Shown piece by piece: positions 17,880-26,701 of a stretch of DNA of 32,000 nucleotides. The DNA comes from Nostoc punctiforme PCC 73102 (GTDB taxonomy: Bacteria; Cyanobacteriota; Cyanobacteriia; Cyanobacteriales; Nostocaceae). A program made the position numbers and the translations under genes. Position 1 is the stretch's first letter. Each line of letters opens with the position of its first letter. The stretch is taken from assembly GCF_000020025.1 (NCBI RefSeq), contig NC_010628.1, forward strand, positions 4,530,001 to 4,562,000. The letters run 5' to 3'. Under the pieces are notes generated by a model, which saw nothing but the letters and a program-made list of their open reading frames with translations, searched no databases and was not told the DNA's origin.

Positions 17880-18761
17880 TCAACGCAAAATCTGGTCAAT
17901 CATCCGGTTCGCCTGGGAAGCATAACCGCCGCCGAATAAATTGAAGTGATTCAAAATGTGATAAAGGTTATAAAGTGTTTTTCTCTGCTCATAGCCTGCA
18001 TCTAAAGGAAAAACTTCGTTGTAACCTTTGTAAAAAGCTGCGGGGAACCCACCAAATAATTCTGTCATGGCAATATCAACTTCGCGATCGCCAAAATAAG
18101 TTGCTGGATCAAAAATCACGGGTTCTCCTGACGCAGTACACCCGGCATTTCCGCCCCATAAATCGCCATGTACTAAAGAAGGTTGTACTTGGTGCGTCAA
18201 TAGTTCACGGATAGCTGCTAGTAATTTTTCTTGCTGGGGGAAACTTCCTCCCCGTCGCCTTGCCAACTGAAATTGATAACCAAGGCGATGTTTAATATAA
18301 AATTCTGTCCAGTCTGCTGTCCAAGTATTGATTTGGGGCGTTGAACCAATGGTATTGTTAATTTTCCAACCAAAACCTTGGCTACTGCTAGCTTGATGCA
18401 TCGCCGCCAACTTGCGCCCCATCTCTTCCCATCGCGGAGCGTCTCGTAGAGAAGTATTGCTGTTGCCATTACCAAGTTCTAACCATTCCAGCACAATGTA
18501 GCTAGAGTTCTCAGCTACACCCCAGCAAATAGGTTGTGGGATGCGAATACTAGCTGTTGCTAGCATTTCTTTTAAACCCAATGCCTCAGCCTCAAACATC
18601 GCAACTTGGGATGCAAGGTTGAGCTTGACAAAGTAGGTAATCTCACCATTAGAAACAGCATAACCTTGGTTGATACATCCGCCACCAACCGATCGCCGTT
18701 GCTGACTCTGAAATTTTTCGCCAGTCACCTGGCTGATATGGGTGTCGATTTGAGTCCACAT
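17880..18761 (-). CDS. Fructosamine/ketosamine-3-kinase family protein
   Basis: MWTQIDTHIS...GGGCINQGY..., FGWKINNTIGSTPQINTW, LVHGDLWGGN and the DPA..YGDRE-like motif (DPATYFGDREVD). ATG at 18761; the track's 13-codon extension runs into repeat sequence. Confidence 0.9.
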   Translation of the reverse strand: MWTQIDTHISQVTGEKFQSQQRRSVGGGCINQGYAVSNGEITYFVKLNLASQVAMFEAEALGLKEMLATASIRIPQPICWGVAENSSYIVLEWLELGNGNSNTSLRDAPRWEEMGRKLAAMHQASSSQGFGWKINNTIGSTPQINTWTADWTEFYIKHRLGYQFQLARRRGGSFPQQEKLLAAIRELLTHQVQPSLVHGDLWGGNAGCTASGEPVIFDPATYFGDREVDIAMTELFGGFPAAFYKGYNEVFPLDAGYEQRKTLYNLYHILNHFNLFGGGYASQANRMIDQILR

Positions 18762-18800
18762 GATTGAATTGGGAAGGGGGTAGGGGGGCAGGGGGAGCAT

Positions 18801-18840
18801 ACTTCTCTACGAGAGGCTGCGCCAACGACTACGCTCAGTA
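18801..18840. repeat. Short dispersed repeat, short form
   Basis: ACTTCTCTACGAGAGGCTGCGCCAACGACTACGCTCAGTA. It is co-linear with 18923-18986 except for an internal segment of about 22 nt that is absent here. Confidence 0.75.
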
Positions 18841-18900
18841 TACCGGGGTAGGCAGAGGGAGCAGGGGAAGAAGCAACTATTGATTATTGGCTATTCCCCA

Positions 18901-19011
18901 TTCCCAATTTCCAATTCCCCATACTTCTCTAACGAGAGGCTACGCCAACGACTGCGCGGTAGTTGAGCGCAGTCGAAACTCAGTACAAGTTCCCAATTTC
19001 CAATTCCCCAT
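18901..19011. repeat. Short dispersed repeat, long form (18923-18986), bracketed by a perfect 22-bp direct repeat
   Basis: TTCCCAATTTCCAATTCCCCAT occurs at 18901-18922 and 18990-19011. The internal element contains the hairpin CGACTGCGC (18949-18957) / GCGCAGTCG (18967-18975). Confidence 0.8.
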
Positions 19012-19018
19012 TTTTAAT

Positions 19019-20344
19019 TTACGGCTTAACGACAACTACACCATAAGCATCTGGGGAAAGATACTCTTTGGCTGCTTGCATTAAGTCAGTTGCATCTTGA
19101 CTCTGAATATAGTCTGGGTAGTTAAAGGCGGGTTCTAAATCTCCCACCAAGGAATGATAGTAACCATACAACCCAGTGCGATCGCTTGGTGTTTCATTGC
19201 CAAAAATAAATCTGTTCGCTACTCGCCGCCGTACACGGGCAATTTCTGACTCTGTGACTAACTCGGTTTGGACTTTGCGAATGTGTTGAGCGATCGCATT
19301 TTCTACTTCAGCTAAATTTTCTACTGCACATTTAGCTGAAATATAAAATGTCCCTTGCAGCTGATTGCTCATATTGCTCACAGAAATTGAAGAAACTAAT
19401 CCCCGTTCTTCTCGTAAATCTCTCACCAGTCTTGATGTCCGTCCGTGCCCCAAAACTCCTGCTAAAACATCCAATCCATAGGTGCGATCTAACTGCACCA
19501 TTCCTGGAACCCGCCAAACCATCACTAGTCTCCCTTGCTGGAGACTTTCATCTGTAAATTCTCGGCGGACAATTTCTGTAAATGGTGACTCAGGGTTTAG
19601 TGAGGAGTGAGTAGAGACGCGATTAATCACGTCTCTACTGAGTGGGCTTGCCGTGAGCGTAGCCGAACGGGAGTGCTGAGTTTTATTAGCTTTTGTAAAT
19701 CCTTCAGCAACGATCGCAATTAATTCTTCTACAGGCAAATTGCCCACAGCTACAGCAGTAATTGACTGGGGTTGATACCAACTATGATGAAAATCCCGCA
19801 TCTGTTGGGGTTTAAGTTCAGCAATTACCGATTCTGGCCCCAATACCGCACGACGATAAGGTAGCTCATTATATGCTGTCTCCATTGCCCGGCGAAATGT
19901 CCGCCGTTGGGGATTATCTTCTGAACGCCTAATTTCTTCTAAAACTACTAATCGCTCGCGTTCAAAAGCATCATCAGGAATACTAGCATTTGATACTACA
20001 TCTATTTGTAGTGGAGCAAGGTGGGCAAAATCTTTGGGGGCAGTAGTTATATAGTAATGAGTATAGTCTTGGCTGGTAGCGGCATTGGTGACAGCACCCC
20101 GTTCTTCAATTCGACGTTCAAACTCGCCGCTAGCCAGTCGTTCTGTTCCTTTAAAAATCATGTGTTCTAAAAAGTGAGCCATACCGTTAATGGCATCAGA
20201 TTCGACGGCTGAACCAACTTTAATCCATAAGTTGAGGTTTACAGCTTCAACTGGCATCTGCTCCGCTATGATTGTCAAACCATTGGGTAACTGATGCAGG
20301 GTTGGGCTATGAAGACGAGTAAATTTCCGCAGGGTTGAAGTCAT
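19019..20344 (-). CDS. M16 family (pitrilysin/insulinase-like) zinc peptidase
   Basis: Inverted zinc motif HFLEHMIFKG (HxxEH) near the N-terminus, with the typical two-domain M16 length. Confidence 0.9.
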   Translation of the reverse strand: MTSTLRKFTRLHSPTLHQLPNGLTIIAEQMPVEAVNLNLWIKVGSAVESDAINGMAHFLEHMIFKGTERLASGEFERRIEERGAVTNAATSQDYTHYYITTAPKDFAHLAPLQIDVVSNASIPDDAFERERLVVLEEIRRSEDNPQRRTFRRAMETAYNELPYRRAVLGPESVIAELKPQQMRDFHHSWYQPQSITAVAVGNLPVEELIAIVAEGFTKANKTQHSRSATLTASPLSRDVINRVSTHSSLNPESPFTEIVRREFTDESLQQGRLVMVWRVPGMVQLDRTYGLDVLAGVLGHGRTSRLVRDLREERGLVSSISVSNMSNQLQGTFYISAKCAVENLAEVENAIAQHIRKVQTELVTESEIARVRRRVANRFIFGNETPSDRTGLYGYYHSLVGDLEPAFNYPDYIQSQDATDLMQAAKEYLSPDAYGVVVVKP

Positions 20345-20503
20345 TGCTACTTGTGTGAGGAGCTACGTTACCTCTTTATCTTATCCGCGACGCAAAATCT
20401 ATATAAAAAGACCTCTCGCTAGCTTTAGAACTTTCAAATAAAAAAATATCCCCAAGTCGATTGCAAAATCTCTCCATTCCTCTTCACTCTGTGTTCACTG
20501 CAC

Positions 20504-20543
20504 GGCAGTCGCTCATGGGGGAAACCCCCAAGACCGCGCTGCC
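20504..20543. repeat. Dispersed hairpin repeat (GGCAG...TGGGGG-AAA-CCCCCA...CTGCC)
   Basis: Core stem TGGGGG (20516-20521) / CCCCCA (20525-20530) and outer GGCAG (20504-20508) / CTGCC (20539-20543). This sequence accounts for the spurious ORF at 20461-20667. Confidence 0.6.
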
Positions 20544-20597
20544 TTGCCTCTGTGGTTCGATAATTTATTTCTTGGAAATCCCTTACTACACAAAACT

Positions 20598-20624
20598 TGT
20601 CCCTCACCGAGTCGGAGAGGGACA
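20598..20624 (-). terminator. Candidate rho-independent terminator of the 142-aa gene
   Basis: Stem TGTCCCTC (20598-20605) / GAGGGACA (20617-20624). Read on the minus strand it is followed by AAGTTTTGTG. It lies 40 nt downstream of the stop at 20664. Confidence 0.5.
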
Positions 20625-20663
20625 GACTTTAACTTTAGTTAAAGATAGGGAAAGTTCGGCGAA

Positions 20664-21092
20664 CTAACGAGAGTAAGGATTATTGAAGGTTTCCCAAGCT
20701 GCCATAGCCGCTTTTCGCAGGCGAAAATTGAAGTCCACTAAGTCTTTCATCAATAAATACCAGTTTCTCTCAACTTCATCCTGAATTACCGCCCAAGAGT
20801 CCTCTAAGCGATCGCGTTGCATCAGTTTTCTACCTTCAACCAATTCCCGTGCTTGTCGCACAGCTTTCAAATAGGTTTCACGTGTGAGAGTACCTGCTGA
20901 ATCAGCCTCAGCTTGAGCGCGTCTTTTTAGTGCCTCAATCAGCGCTTTAGTTTCGCGCTTCACTTCATCACTTTCGTTAGCCATTTCGGTTTCTACTAGT
21001 TCGTCGGTTTGAGAACTAATTTCTACAATTACTATGGATTCTGTAGATTCAATGACTGTGCTTTCAAAGGATTCGATGTTGTTAGCATTCAT
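20664..21092 (-). CDS. Hypothetical protein (acidic N-terminus, helical C-terminal half)
   Basis: Intact ATG-initiated ORF of 142 aa with a candidate terminator downstream. I recognise no motif. Confidence 0.55.
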   Translation of the reverse strand: MNANNIESFESTVIESTESIVIVEISSQTDELVETEMANESDEVKRETKALIEALKRRAQAEADSAGTLTRETYLKAVRQARELVEGRKLMQRDRLEDSWAVIQDEVERNWYLLMKDLVDFNFRLRKAAMAAWETFNNPYSR

Positions 21093-21152
21093 AGTTAAAA
21101 CATCCTTAATTGCAAAATTTACTCTTGGATGAAAACTACATCAAATGACAAA

Positions 21153-22022
21153 TCAATAAGCTTTTGTTGGCAGTTGTTGCTCTAATTTCAATAATGCTGC
21201 AACTCGTGCTTCTGTAGCAGGGTGACTGGAAAATAAGTTACCTAAAAACTGTCCAGAAATGGAATTGATAATTAATAACGGTTCAAAAGCTGGATTGGCA
21301 TTTAAAGGGATCTGTTTTGCTAAGGCTTCTAAGCGTTGTAATGCCCTAGCTAATGCACGAGGATTACCAGTTAATCTAGCTGAACCTGCATCAGCAGAGA
21401 ATTCTCGTGTGCGCGAAATTGCTAGCTGAATAATTGTTGCAGCTAATGGCGCAAGCATTACTGTTAACAAAACGCCCAAAGGATTTGCACCTCTGTTGTC
21501 ATCTCGTGAACCACCGCCAAACCATAAGCTATAACTCACCATTTGCGCTAGGAATGAGATCGCACCAGCAACGGTAGCAGCAACAGCTTGTGTCAGGGTG
21601 TCACGATTAATAATATGGGTAAGTTCGTGAGCGATAACACCTTCGAGTTCATCGTCTGGCAATATATTCAAAATGCCTTCGGTGACAGCCACAGCAGCAT
21701 GTTCGGGATCGCGCCCTGTCGCAAAGGCGTTAGCACCTTGGCTTGGGACAATATAAACTCTCGGCATAGGGATGTTAGCGCGATCGCTTAATCTCTGCAC
21801 CATTCGATAAAGTCCTGGTGCTTCTCCTTCACTCACAGGCTGGGCCTGATATACTGCTAGAGCAATCTTATCTGATTGATACCAGGAAAATAGGTTTGTT
21901 ACTGCTGCCAAGCCAATTCCAATTATCAAGCCACTACTACCGCCAATTACCCAATAACTAATTGCGATCAAAAGACCACTTAATGCAGCTAGTAAAGCAG
22001 CCGTTTTCACTTGATTTCCCAT
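21153..22022 (-). CDS. htpX: Zinc metalloprotease HtpX (M48 family)
   Basis: HELTHI (HExxH), N-terminal and central TM helices, and the C-terminal SHP motif (FSSHPATEARV). Confidence 0.9.
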   Translation of the reverse strand: MGNQVKTAALLAALSGLLIAISYWVIGGSSGLIIGIGLAAVTNLFSWYQSDKIALAVYQAQPVSEGEAPGLYRMVQRLSDRANIPMPRVYIVPSQGANAFATGRDPEHAAVAVTEGILNILPDDELEGVIAHELTHIINRDTLTQAVAATVAGAISFLAQMVSYSLWFGGGSRDDNRGANPLGVLLTVMLAPLAATIIQLAISRTREFSADAGSARLTGNPRALARALQRLEALAKQIPLNANPAFEPLLIINSISGQFLGNLFSSHPATEARVAALLKLEQQLPTKAY

Positions 22023-22357
22023 ATTTTCGCTCTCCTGCTAATGCTGTATGAATTTTCTAGAAAACAGCATTACTTAAGCCATACTTTAATTGTATCCAGC
22101 TAAACTTAGATATATGGTACAGAAAACCTATCTGATAAGTACGGTTTTCCTACTTAACTTTTATAAAAAATAATTTAGTCGTTTTTGATACTTGTTATTT
22201 TGATCAAATTTGTATTTGTAGATAATAAAAATACATCTATCTATAGAAGTAAATTATTTAGGCAGAAATTTCATAAGCGATCGCAATTGTATAAAGTAAA
22301 GTAGCCACTCAATCAAAAGGAGAGGAAGAAATCGTACACAAATTTGCTGGGCAAAAA

Positions 22358-22540
22358 GTGTCTGAAATCCTGAAATATAAAAAGGGTAGTATAAAACAGG
22401 CTCCACTCCCAGAAGAATCTCCCAGTTGGGATGAGTTTTGTGAAATGTTATGGGAGGAGATTGAAGCGGGAGCAGAGCTAAATCAACCGGGTTTTAAAGT
22501 TGTTCGTAAGTTATTAAGCGATAAGAGGTTTGATAAATGA
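22358..22540 (+). CDS. Hypothetical small protein (60 aa)
   Basis: GTG-initiated ORF whose stop overlaps the next ATG (ATGA at 22537-22540). The AGGAGAGG at about 22317-22324 is better spaced for an in-frame ATC at 22331, so the start is uncertain. Confidence 0.4.
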   Translation: MSEILKYKKGSIKQAPLPEESPSWDEFCEMLWEEIEAGAELNQPGFKVVRKLLSDKRFDK

Positions 22541-22833
22541 ATAATCATGGATTTGGCAAACTAGTTACCTTTGTAAATCAATTGGAACAAGAGAAAATTA
22601 GTTACACCTTAGCCCATAATCGAGATGAAACCATTATGGTGAATGTGGCGGTGGCTGGTGAACGATGGGAAGTAGAATTTTTTGAGGATGGTTCGGTTGA
22701 AGTAGAAAGATTTATTAGTAATGGAGAGATTAATGGGGAGGAGGTTTTTAGTGAATTATTTGCTATGTATTCAGAGCCAGAAAATCATTCTCTCAAACTT
22801 ACTCAAAATGCTAAGTTTACAAGCACGAAATGA
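22537..22833 (+). CDS. Hypothetical small acidic protein (98 aa)
   Basis: ATG start overlapping the upstream stop by 4 nt. The sequence has a beta-rich pattern (GERWEVEFFEDGSVEVERF). No family recognised. Confidence 0.5.
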   Translation: MNNHGFGKLVTFVNQLEQEKISYTLAHNRDETIMVNVAVAGERWEVEFFEDGSVEVERFISNGEINGEEVFSELFAMYSEPENHSLKLTQNAKFTSTK

Positions 22834-22982
22834 AGGCGATCTCACTGTGTATAATAGCTAGTATTTTTTGAATCAAGCGGTCATTTTTTAATGTTATTCA
22901 AAAACTTTCAGTGCGATGTTCTTGTTATTAACTACTTTCATTCATTTTAGTATGGAAGCTACCATTTTAAACAAATAAAATT

Positions 22983-23906
22983 ATGAAACTAGAAGATTTT
23001 CGTACAAATGATTTAGGCGAAGCTTACATTTGGTTCCCACATCTTGGAAATGAGACAGATCCTGGTAGTCGTGTCCTCTTGACATACCCCAATTTTGCTA
23101 TTAAAGCTTTTTATTTATCTTGTCAAAACCTTGAATTACTGGAACATTCTAAAGAAGCTATTAATCAAGGCAATACTTGCTCAACAGCAGTAGCACTTTG
23201 GTTTTTGACTTGTGAATCATATATAAATGCAATTTTGAAGGCTGGGTGTCTTCAGAGTAGTATACCATTTAGTAATTATCGTGATCGTGACCTTAAAGCC
23301 AGAATTAGCGGAGTTTTCGATGTACTTAAATTAGTCAAGGAAGATTTTTATAAATCAGGAATTTATCCAAAGCTACAAGAGTTTATGGAATTTCGTAATG
23401 AGATATTTCATGATCGTAGTCTAGGTGATGAACGTAATTTTAGCAAAACAAGTTTTAGTCCAATACCATTCTTGTGTAATCAAGTGGATGTTGTTCAAGC
23501 TACAATTATTGTTCTTGAATTATGTACAGCTTTTAGAAGAGTATTACCAAACTGTGATTTAATGCCAGATATTTTTGTTGAGACTAATGGTTCCTTTGGT
23601 TTCATCAAGTTTGATAATATGTACTCTAACTTAATACGTCCATTTTTTGGACAAGCGTTAGCAAAGCACACCTTATCTAGTGATTTGTTGCTAGAACCAA
23701 TAGTATTTACACTTCCTTGTACAAAAATTATCCCAAAAGGAAGTATAAAGGTAATAAGTAAAGCTTTGCCTGACTCAAAGTTTAACTTTAAAGCAAATTC
23801 AAACACCACTACGATTGGAACTAATTTGATGAATTGTGTAAGAGAAAATATAAGTTTTAATACTAGTAACCAATTTCAATTACCTAATTATATGAGTATT
23901 ACCTAA
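22983..23906 (+). CDS. Hypothetical protein with N-terminal HEPN-like domain (Rx4H motif)
   Basis: RNEIFH at 23394-23411 (aa 138-143) follows predicted helices (SKEAINQG..TAVALWFLTCESYINAILKAG), the layout of HEPN four-helix domains. The C-terminal ~150 aa are unassigned. The coding sequence is AT-rich. Confidence 0.5.
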   Translation: MKLEDFRTNDLGEAYIWFPHLGNETDPGSRVLLTYPNFAIKAFYLSCQNLELLEHSKEAINQGNTCSTAVALWFLTCESYINAILKAGCLQSSIPFSNYRDRDLKARISGVFDVLKLVKEDFYKSGIYPKLQEFMEFRNEIFHDRSLGDERNFSKTSFSPIPFLCNQVDVVQATIIVLELCTAFRRVLPNCDLMPDIFVETNGSFGFIKFDNMYSNLIRPFFGQALAKHTLSSDLLLEPIVFTLPCTKIIPKGSIKVISKALPDSKFNFKANSNTTTIGTNLMNCVRENISFNTSNQFQLPNYMSIT

Positions 23907-23919
23907 TATTATCTCTATT

Positions 23920-23953
23920 AGGTTGCGGTGGATAATCCAGCCCACCGTAACCT
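23920..23953. terminator. Hairpin between convergent genes (HEPN-like gene and dapL)
   Basis: AGGTTGCGGTGG (23920-23931) / CCACCGTAACCT (23942-23953). The stem is 12 bp with one G-T wobble position and a 10-nt loop. There is no clear T tract. Confidence 0.45.
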
Positions 23954-23999
23954 TTAGATTAATGAATTGAGTTTAACAAAAGCGGCTAAAAGCGATCGC

Positions 24000-25235
24000 T
24001 TACACCTTAAACTTCTTGGTAATCCGCTTCATCGCTTCTTCGACATTCTCCCGGCTGTTAAACGCCGAAATGCGGAAGTAACCCTCACCCGCAGCACCAA
24101 AGCCAGAACCAGGTGTCCCGACAACGTTGACGGTTTGCAGTAACTTATCAAAGAATTCCCAACTGGATAAACCATTAGGAGTTTTTACCCAAACGTAAGG
24201 TGCATTCACGCCACCATAAACTGACAATCCGGCGGCTGTGAGTTTCTCGCGGATAATTTTGGCGTTTTCTAGATAGAAACTAACCAATCCTTTGATTTGT
24301 GCTTGCCCTTCTTCAGAGTAAACCGCTTCGGCTCCCCGTTGAACAATGTAAGAAACACCATTAAATTTGGTAGACTGGCGGCGATTCCAAAGTTTCCATA
24401 GTTCTACATCGGAACCATCGGCGGCTTTTCCTGTGAGTGTCTTCGGTACAACGGTTAAGGCGCAACGAGTTCCTGTAAAACCTGCGTTCTTAGAGAAAGA
24501 CCGGAATTCGATCGCAACTTCTCTTGCACCTTCAATTTCATAAATTGAGTGCGGAATCGACGGATCGGTAATATAAGCTTCGTAGGCTGCATCAAAGAAA
24601 ATAATTGAGTTATTAGCTTTGGCATAGTCTACCCAAGCTTTGAGATATTCTTTGGTAGCAGTTGCGCCAGTGGGGTTATTGGGAAAGCAGAGATAAATTA
24701 AATCAACTTTCTTTGAGGGAATTTCGGCGGTGAAGTTGTTATCAGCCGTAATTGGTAGATAAACTAAGCCTTCAAATTCGCCTTTATCGTTGGCATCTCC
24801 CGTATTACCCACCATAACGTTAGTGTCTACATACACGGGGTAAACTGGGTCAGTAACGGCAATTAGATTGTCATGACCAAAGATTTCCAGAATGTTGCCC
24901 GTGTCGCACTTGGAACCATCGGAGATAAAGATTTCGGAAGCATCTATATTGGCTCCCCGTGCTTGGAAATCTTGAGCAGCAATTTTTTCCCGTAACCAAG
25001 CGTAGCCTTGCTCTGGCCCGTAGCCTTTGAAGGTATTGCGATCGCCCATATCTTCCACAGCCTTTATCATAGCTGTGCGGCAAGCCTCCGGCAGAGGTTC
25101 GGTAACATCACCAATGCCCAGTCGGATGATTTTAGCATCAGGATTGGCTTCTGCAAAGGCATTCACCCGCCGAGAAATTTCTGGAAACAGATAACCCGCT
25201 TTCAGTTTCAGGTAGTTGTTGTTAATAGTTGCCAT
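24000..25235 (-). CDS. dapL: LL-diaminopimelate aminotransferase
   Basis: N-terminus [19 protein letters not shown] and PLP-lysine context [14 protein letters not shown]. Length of 411 aa is typical of DapL. Confidence 0.9.
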   Translation of the reverse strand: MATINNNYLKLKAGYLFPEISRRVNAFAEANPDAKIIRLGIGDVTEPLPEACRTAMIKAVEDMGDRNTFKGYGPEQGYAWLREKIAAQDFQARGANIDASEIFISDGSKCDTGNILEIFGHDNLIAVTDPVYPVYVDTNVMVGNTGDANDKGEFEGLVYLPITADNNFTAEIPSKKVDLIYLCFPNNPTGATATKEYLKAWVDYAKANNSIIFFDAAYEAYITDPSIPHSIYEIEGAREVAIEFRSFSKNAGFTGTRCALTVVPKTLTGKAADGSDVELWKLWNRRQSTKFNGVSYIVQRGAEAVYSEEGQAQIKGLVSFYLENAKIIREKLTAAGLSVYGGVNAPYVWVKTPNGLSSWEFFDKLLQTVNVVGTPGSGFGAAGEGYFRISAFNSRENVEEAMKRITKKFKV

Positions 25236-25345
25236 GTGTAAATATGAAAAACGCCCTAAAATAGCTTACTGCTAATTCATGAGGGCGATAACTTTGTTAT
25301 GGGGAGTGGGGAGCAGAGGGAGAATAAATAATGACTAATGACAAA

Positions 25346-26701
25346 TTAGACATTTACCGGCTGTTTATTCTCGGCTGAATAATTGTTGCGATCGCTAATT
25401 ACAAACTCCGTGAGCGATTCTTTACCTGTAATTAATCTTGCTCCACGATTCCGGGTGAAATAATTCCATGCCCACTGAATGATTACTACTAATTTGTTGT
25501 CAAATTCAATTAAGAAGTAGATGTGAATCACCAGCCAAAACAGCCATGCAACGAAACCTTTCAGCTTGATAAAGCCCAAATCGACTACAGCAGAATTGTG
25601 CCCAATCATTGCTAAACTACCATGATCAGTATAAGCAAAGGGTGGCAAACTGTTACCTGCAAGCCGCTTTTGGACTAGTGTTGCTACATATTCACCTTCT
25701 TGCTTGGCTACAGGTGCAACACCAGGTAGGGGTTTACCATTTTGATGAGAGAAATTTGCTAAGTCGCCAACTACAAAAATATTGGGATGTCCCTTAATAC
25801 TCAAGTCAGGTTCGACAATAATGCGTCCAGCGCGATCGCACTCAGCACCTGTACGTTCTGCTAGCACTTTTCCCATTGCTGAAGCTTTTACACCTGCTGC
25901 CCATAATACCGTTTTTGAGGCAATTTCTTTAACTTCATCGCCTTGTTTGAGGCTAACAGTATCATTTTCAATATTCGTTACCAGTGTTTTTGTCTGGACA
26001 ACCACCCCCAAGCGCGTTAGGGATGCTTCCGCTTCTTGTGATAACTCTGGTGCAAAGGGTGGCAGAATCCGATCCAAACCTTCTAATAGCAGAATCTTGG
26101 CTTCTGATGTGTCGATGTTGCGGAAATCTTCTTTGAGGGTTTGATTTGCCAATTCTGCGATCGCACCAGCTAACTCTACACCAGTTGGGCCGCCACCCAC
26201 AATTACAAAAGTTAACCACGCACGGCGTTTTTCTGGATCGGTTTCTTTTTCTGCGGCTTCAAAGGCTGAAAAAATCCGGCTACGCATTTCTATGGCATCT
26301 TCTACAGTTTTCAAGCCTGGGGCGAATTCTTCCCAGTTATCTTTACCAAAGTAGGAATGCTTTGCACCTGTGGCGACAATTAACGTATCGTAAGCTATTG
26401 CTTCTTCACCCACAGTCACTTTTTGGGCTTCTGGATCGATATTATTCACCTCTCCCAGCAGCACTTTCGTATTCTTGCTCTTGCTGAGGACAGAACGCAA
26501 CGGTGAGGAGATATCAGCCGGAGATAGCGCTCCTGTGGCGACTTGATATAAAAGGGGTTGAAATAGATGAAAGTTACGTTTATCAATCAGAGTAACGTTT
26601 ACTGCCGCTTTGGCGAGTGTTTTTGCTGCATAAAGTCCACCAAAACCACCGCCAACTATTACTACTTTATGGGGTGGATTATTGTCAAGTGAATTTACCA
26701 T
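25346..26701 (-). CDS. Type II NADH dehydrogenase (NDH-2) family FAD/NAD(P)-binding oxidoreductase
   Basis: First dinucleotide fold VVIVGGGFGGL and second VIVGGGPTGVELAG. The C-terminal amphipathic/hydrophobic segment (FVAWLFWLVIHIYFLI) is typical of NDH-2. Confidence 0.85.
   Translation of the reverse strand: MVNSLDNNPPHKVVIVGGGFGGLYAAKTLAKAAVNVTLIDKRNFHLFQPLLYQVATGALSPADISSPLRSVLSKSKNTKVLLGEVNNIDPEAQKVTVGEEAIAYDTLIVATGAKHSYFGKDNWEEFAPGLKTVEDAIEMRSRIFSAFEAAEKETDPEKRRAWLTFVIVGGGPTGVELAGAIAELANQTLKEDFRNIDTSEAKILLLEGLDRILPPFAPELSQEAEASLTRLGVVVQTKTLVTNIENDTVSLKQGDEVKEIASKTVLWAAGVKASAMGKVLAERTGAECDRAGRIIVEPDLSIKGHPNIFVVGDLANFSHQNGKPLPGVAPVAKQEGEYVATLVQKRLAGNSLPPFAYTDHGSLAMIGHNSAVVDLGFIKLKGFVAWLFWLVIHIYFLIEFDNKLVVIIQWAWNYFTRNRGARLITGKESLTEFVISDRNNYSAENKQPVNV

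Noticed and set aside
17626-17944. ORFs of 85 aa (minus) and 87 aa (plus) running through the 21-bp tandem repeat, considered as real genes, including a possible repeated-core RiPP precursor near the M16 peptidase
   Set aside because: Any 21-bp (7-codon) repeat free of stops is automatically open in several frames. Both strands are open, there is no SD or ATG (the minus ORF starts at a TTG), and no modification enzymes are adjacent. The M16 peptidase is a common housekeeping type. I keep this only as a low-probability alternative under the repeat finding.
20461-20667. 68-aa plus-strand ORF
   Set aside because: It is composed of a dispersed hairpin repeat and the terminator hairpin of the convergent gene. 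It starts at a TTG and has no coding features.
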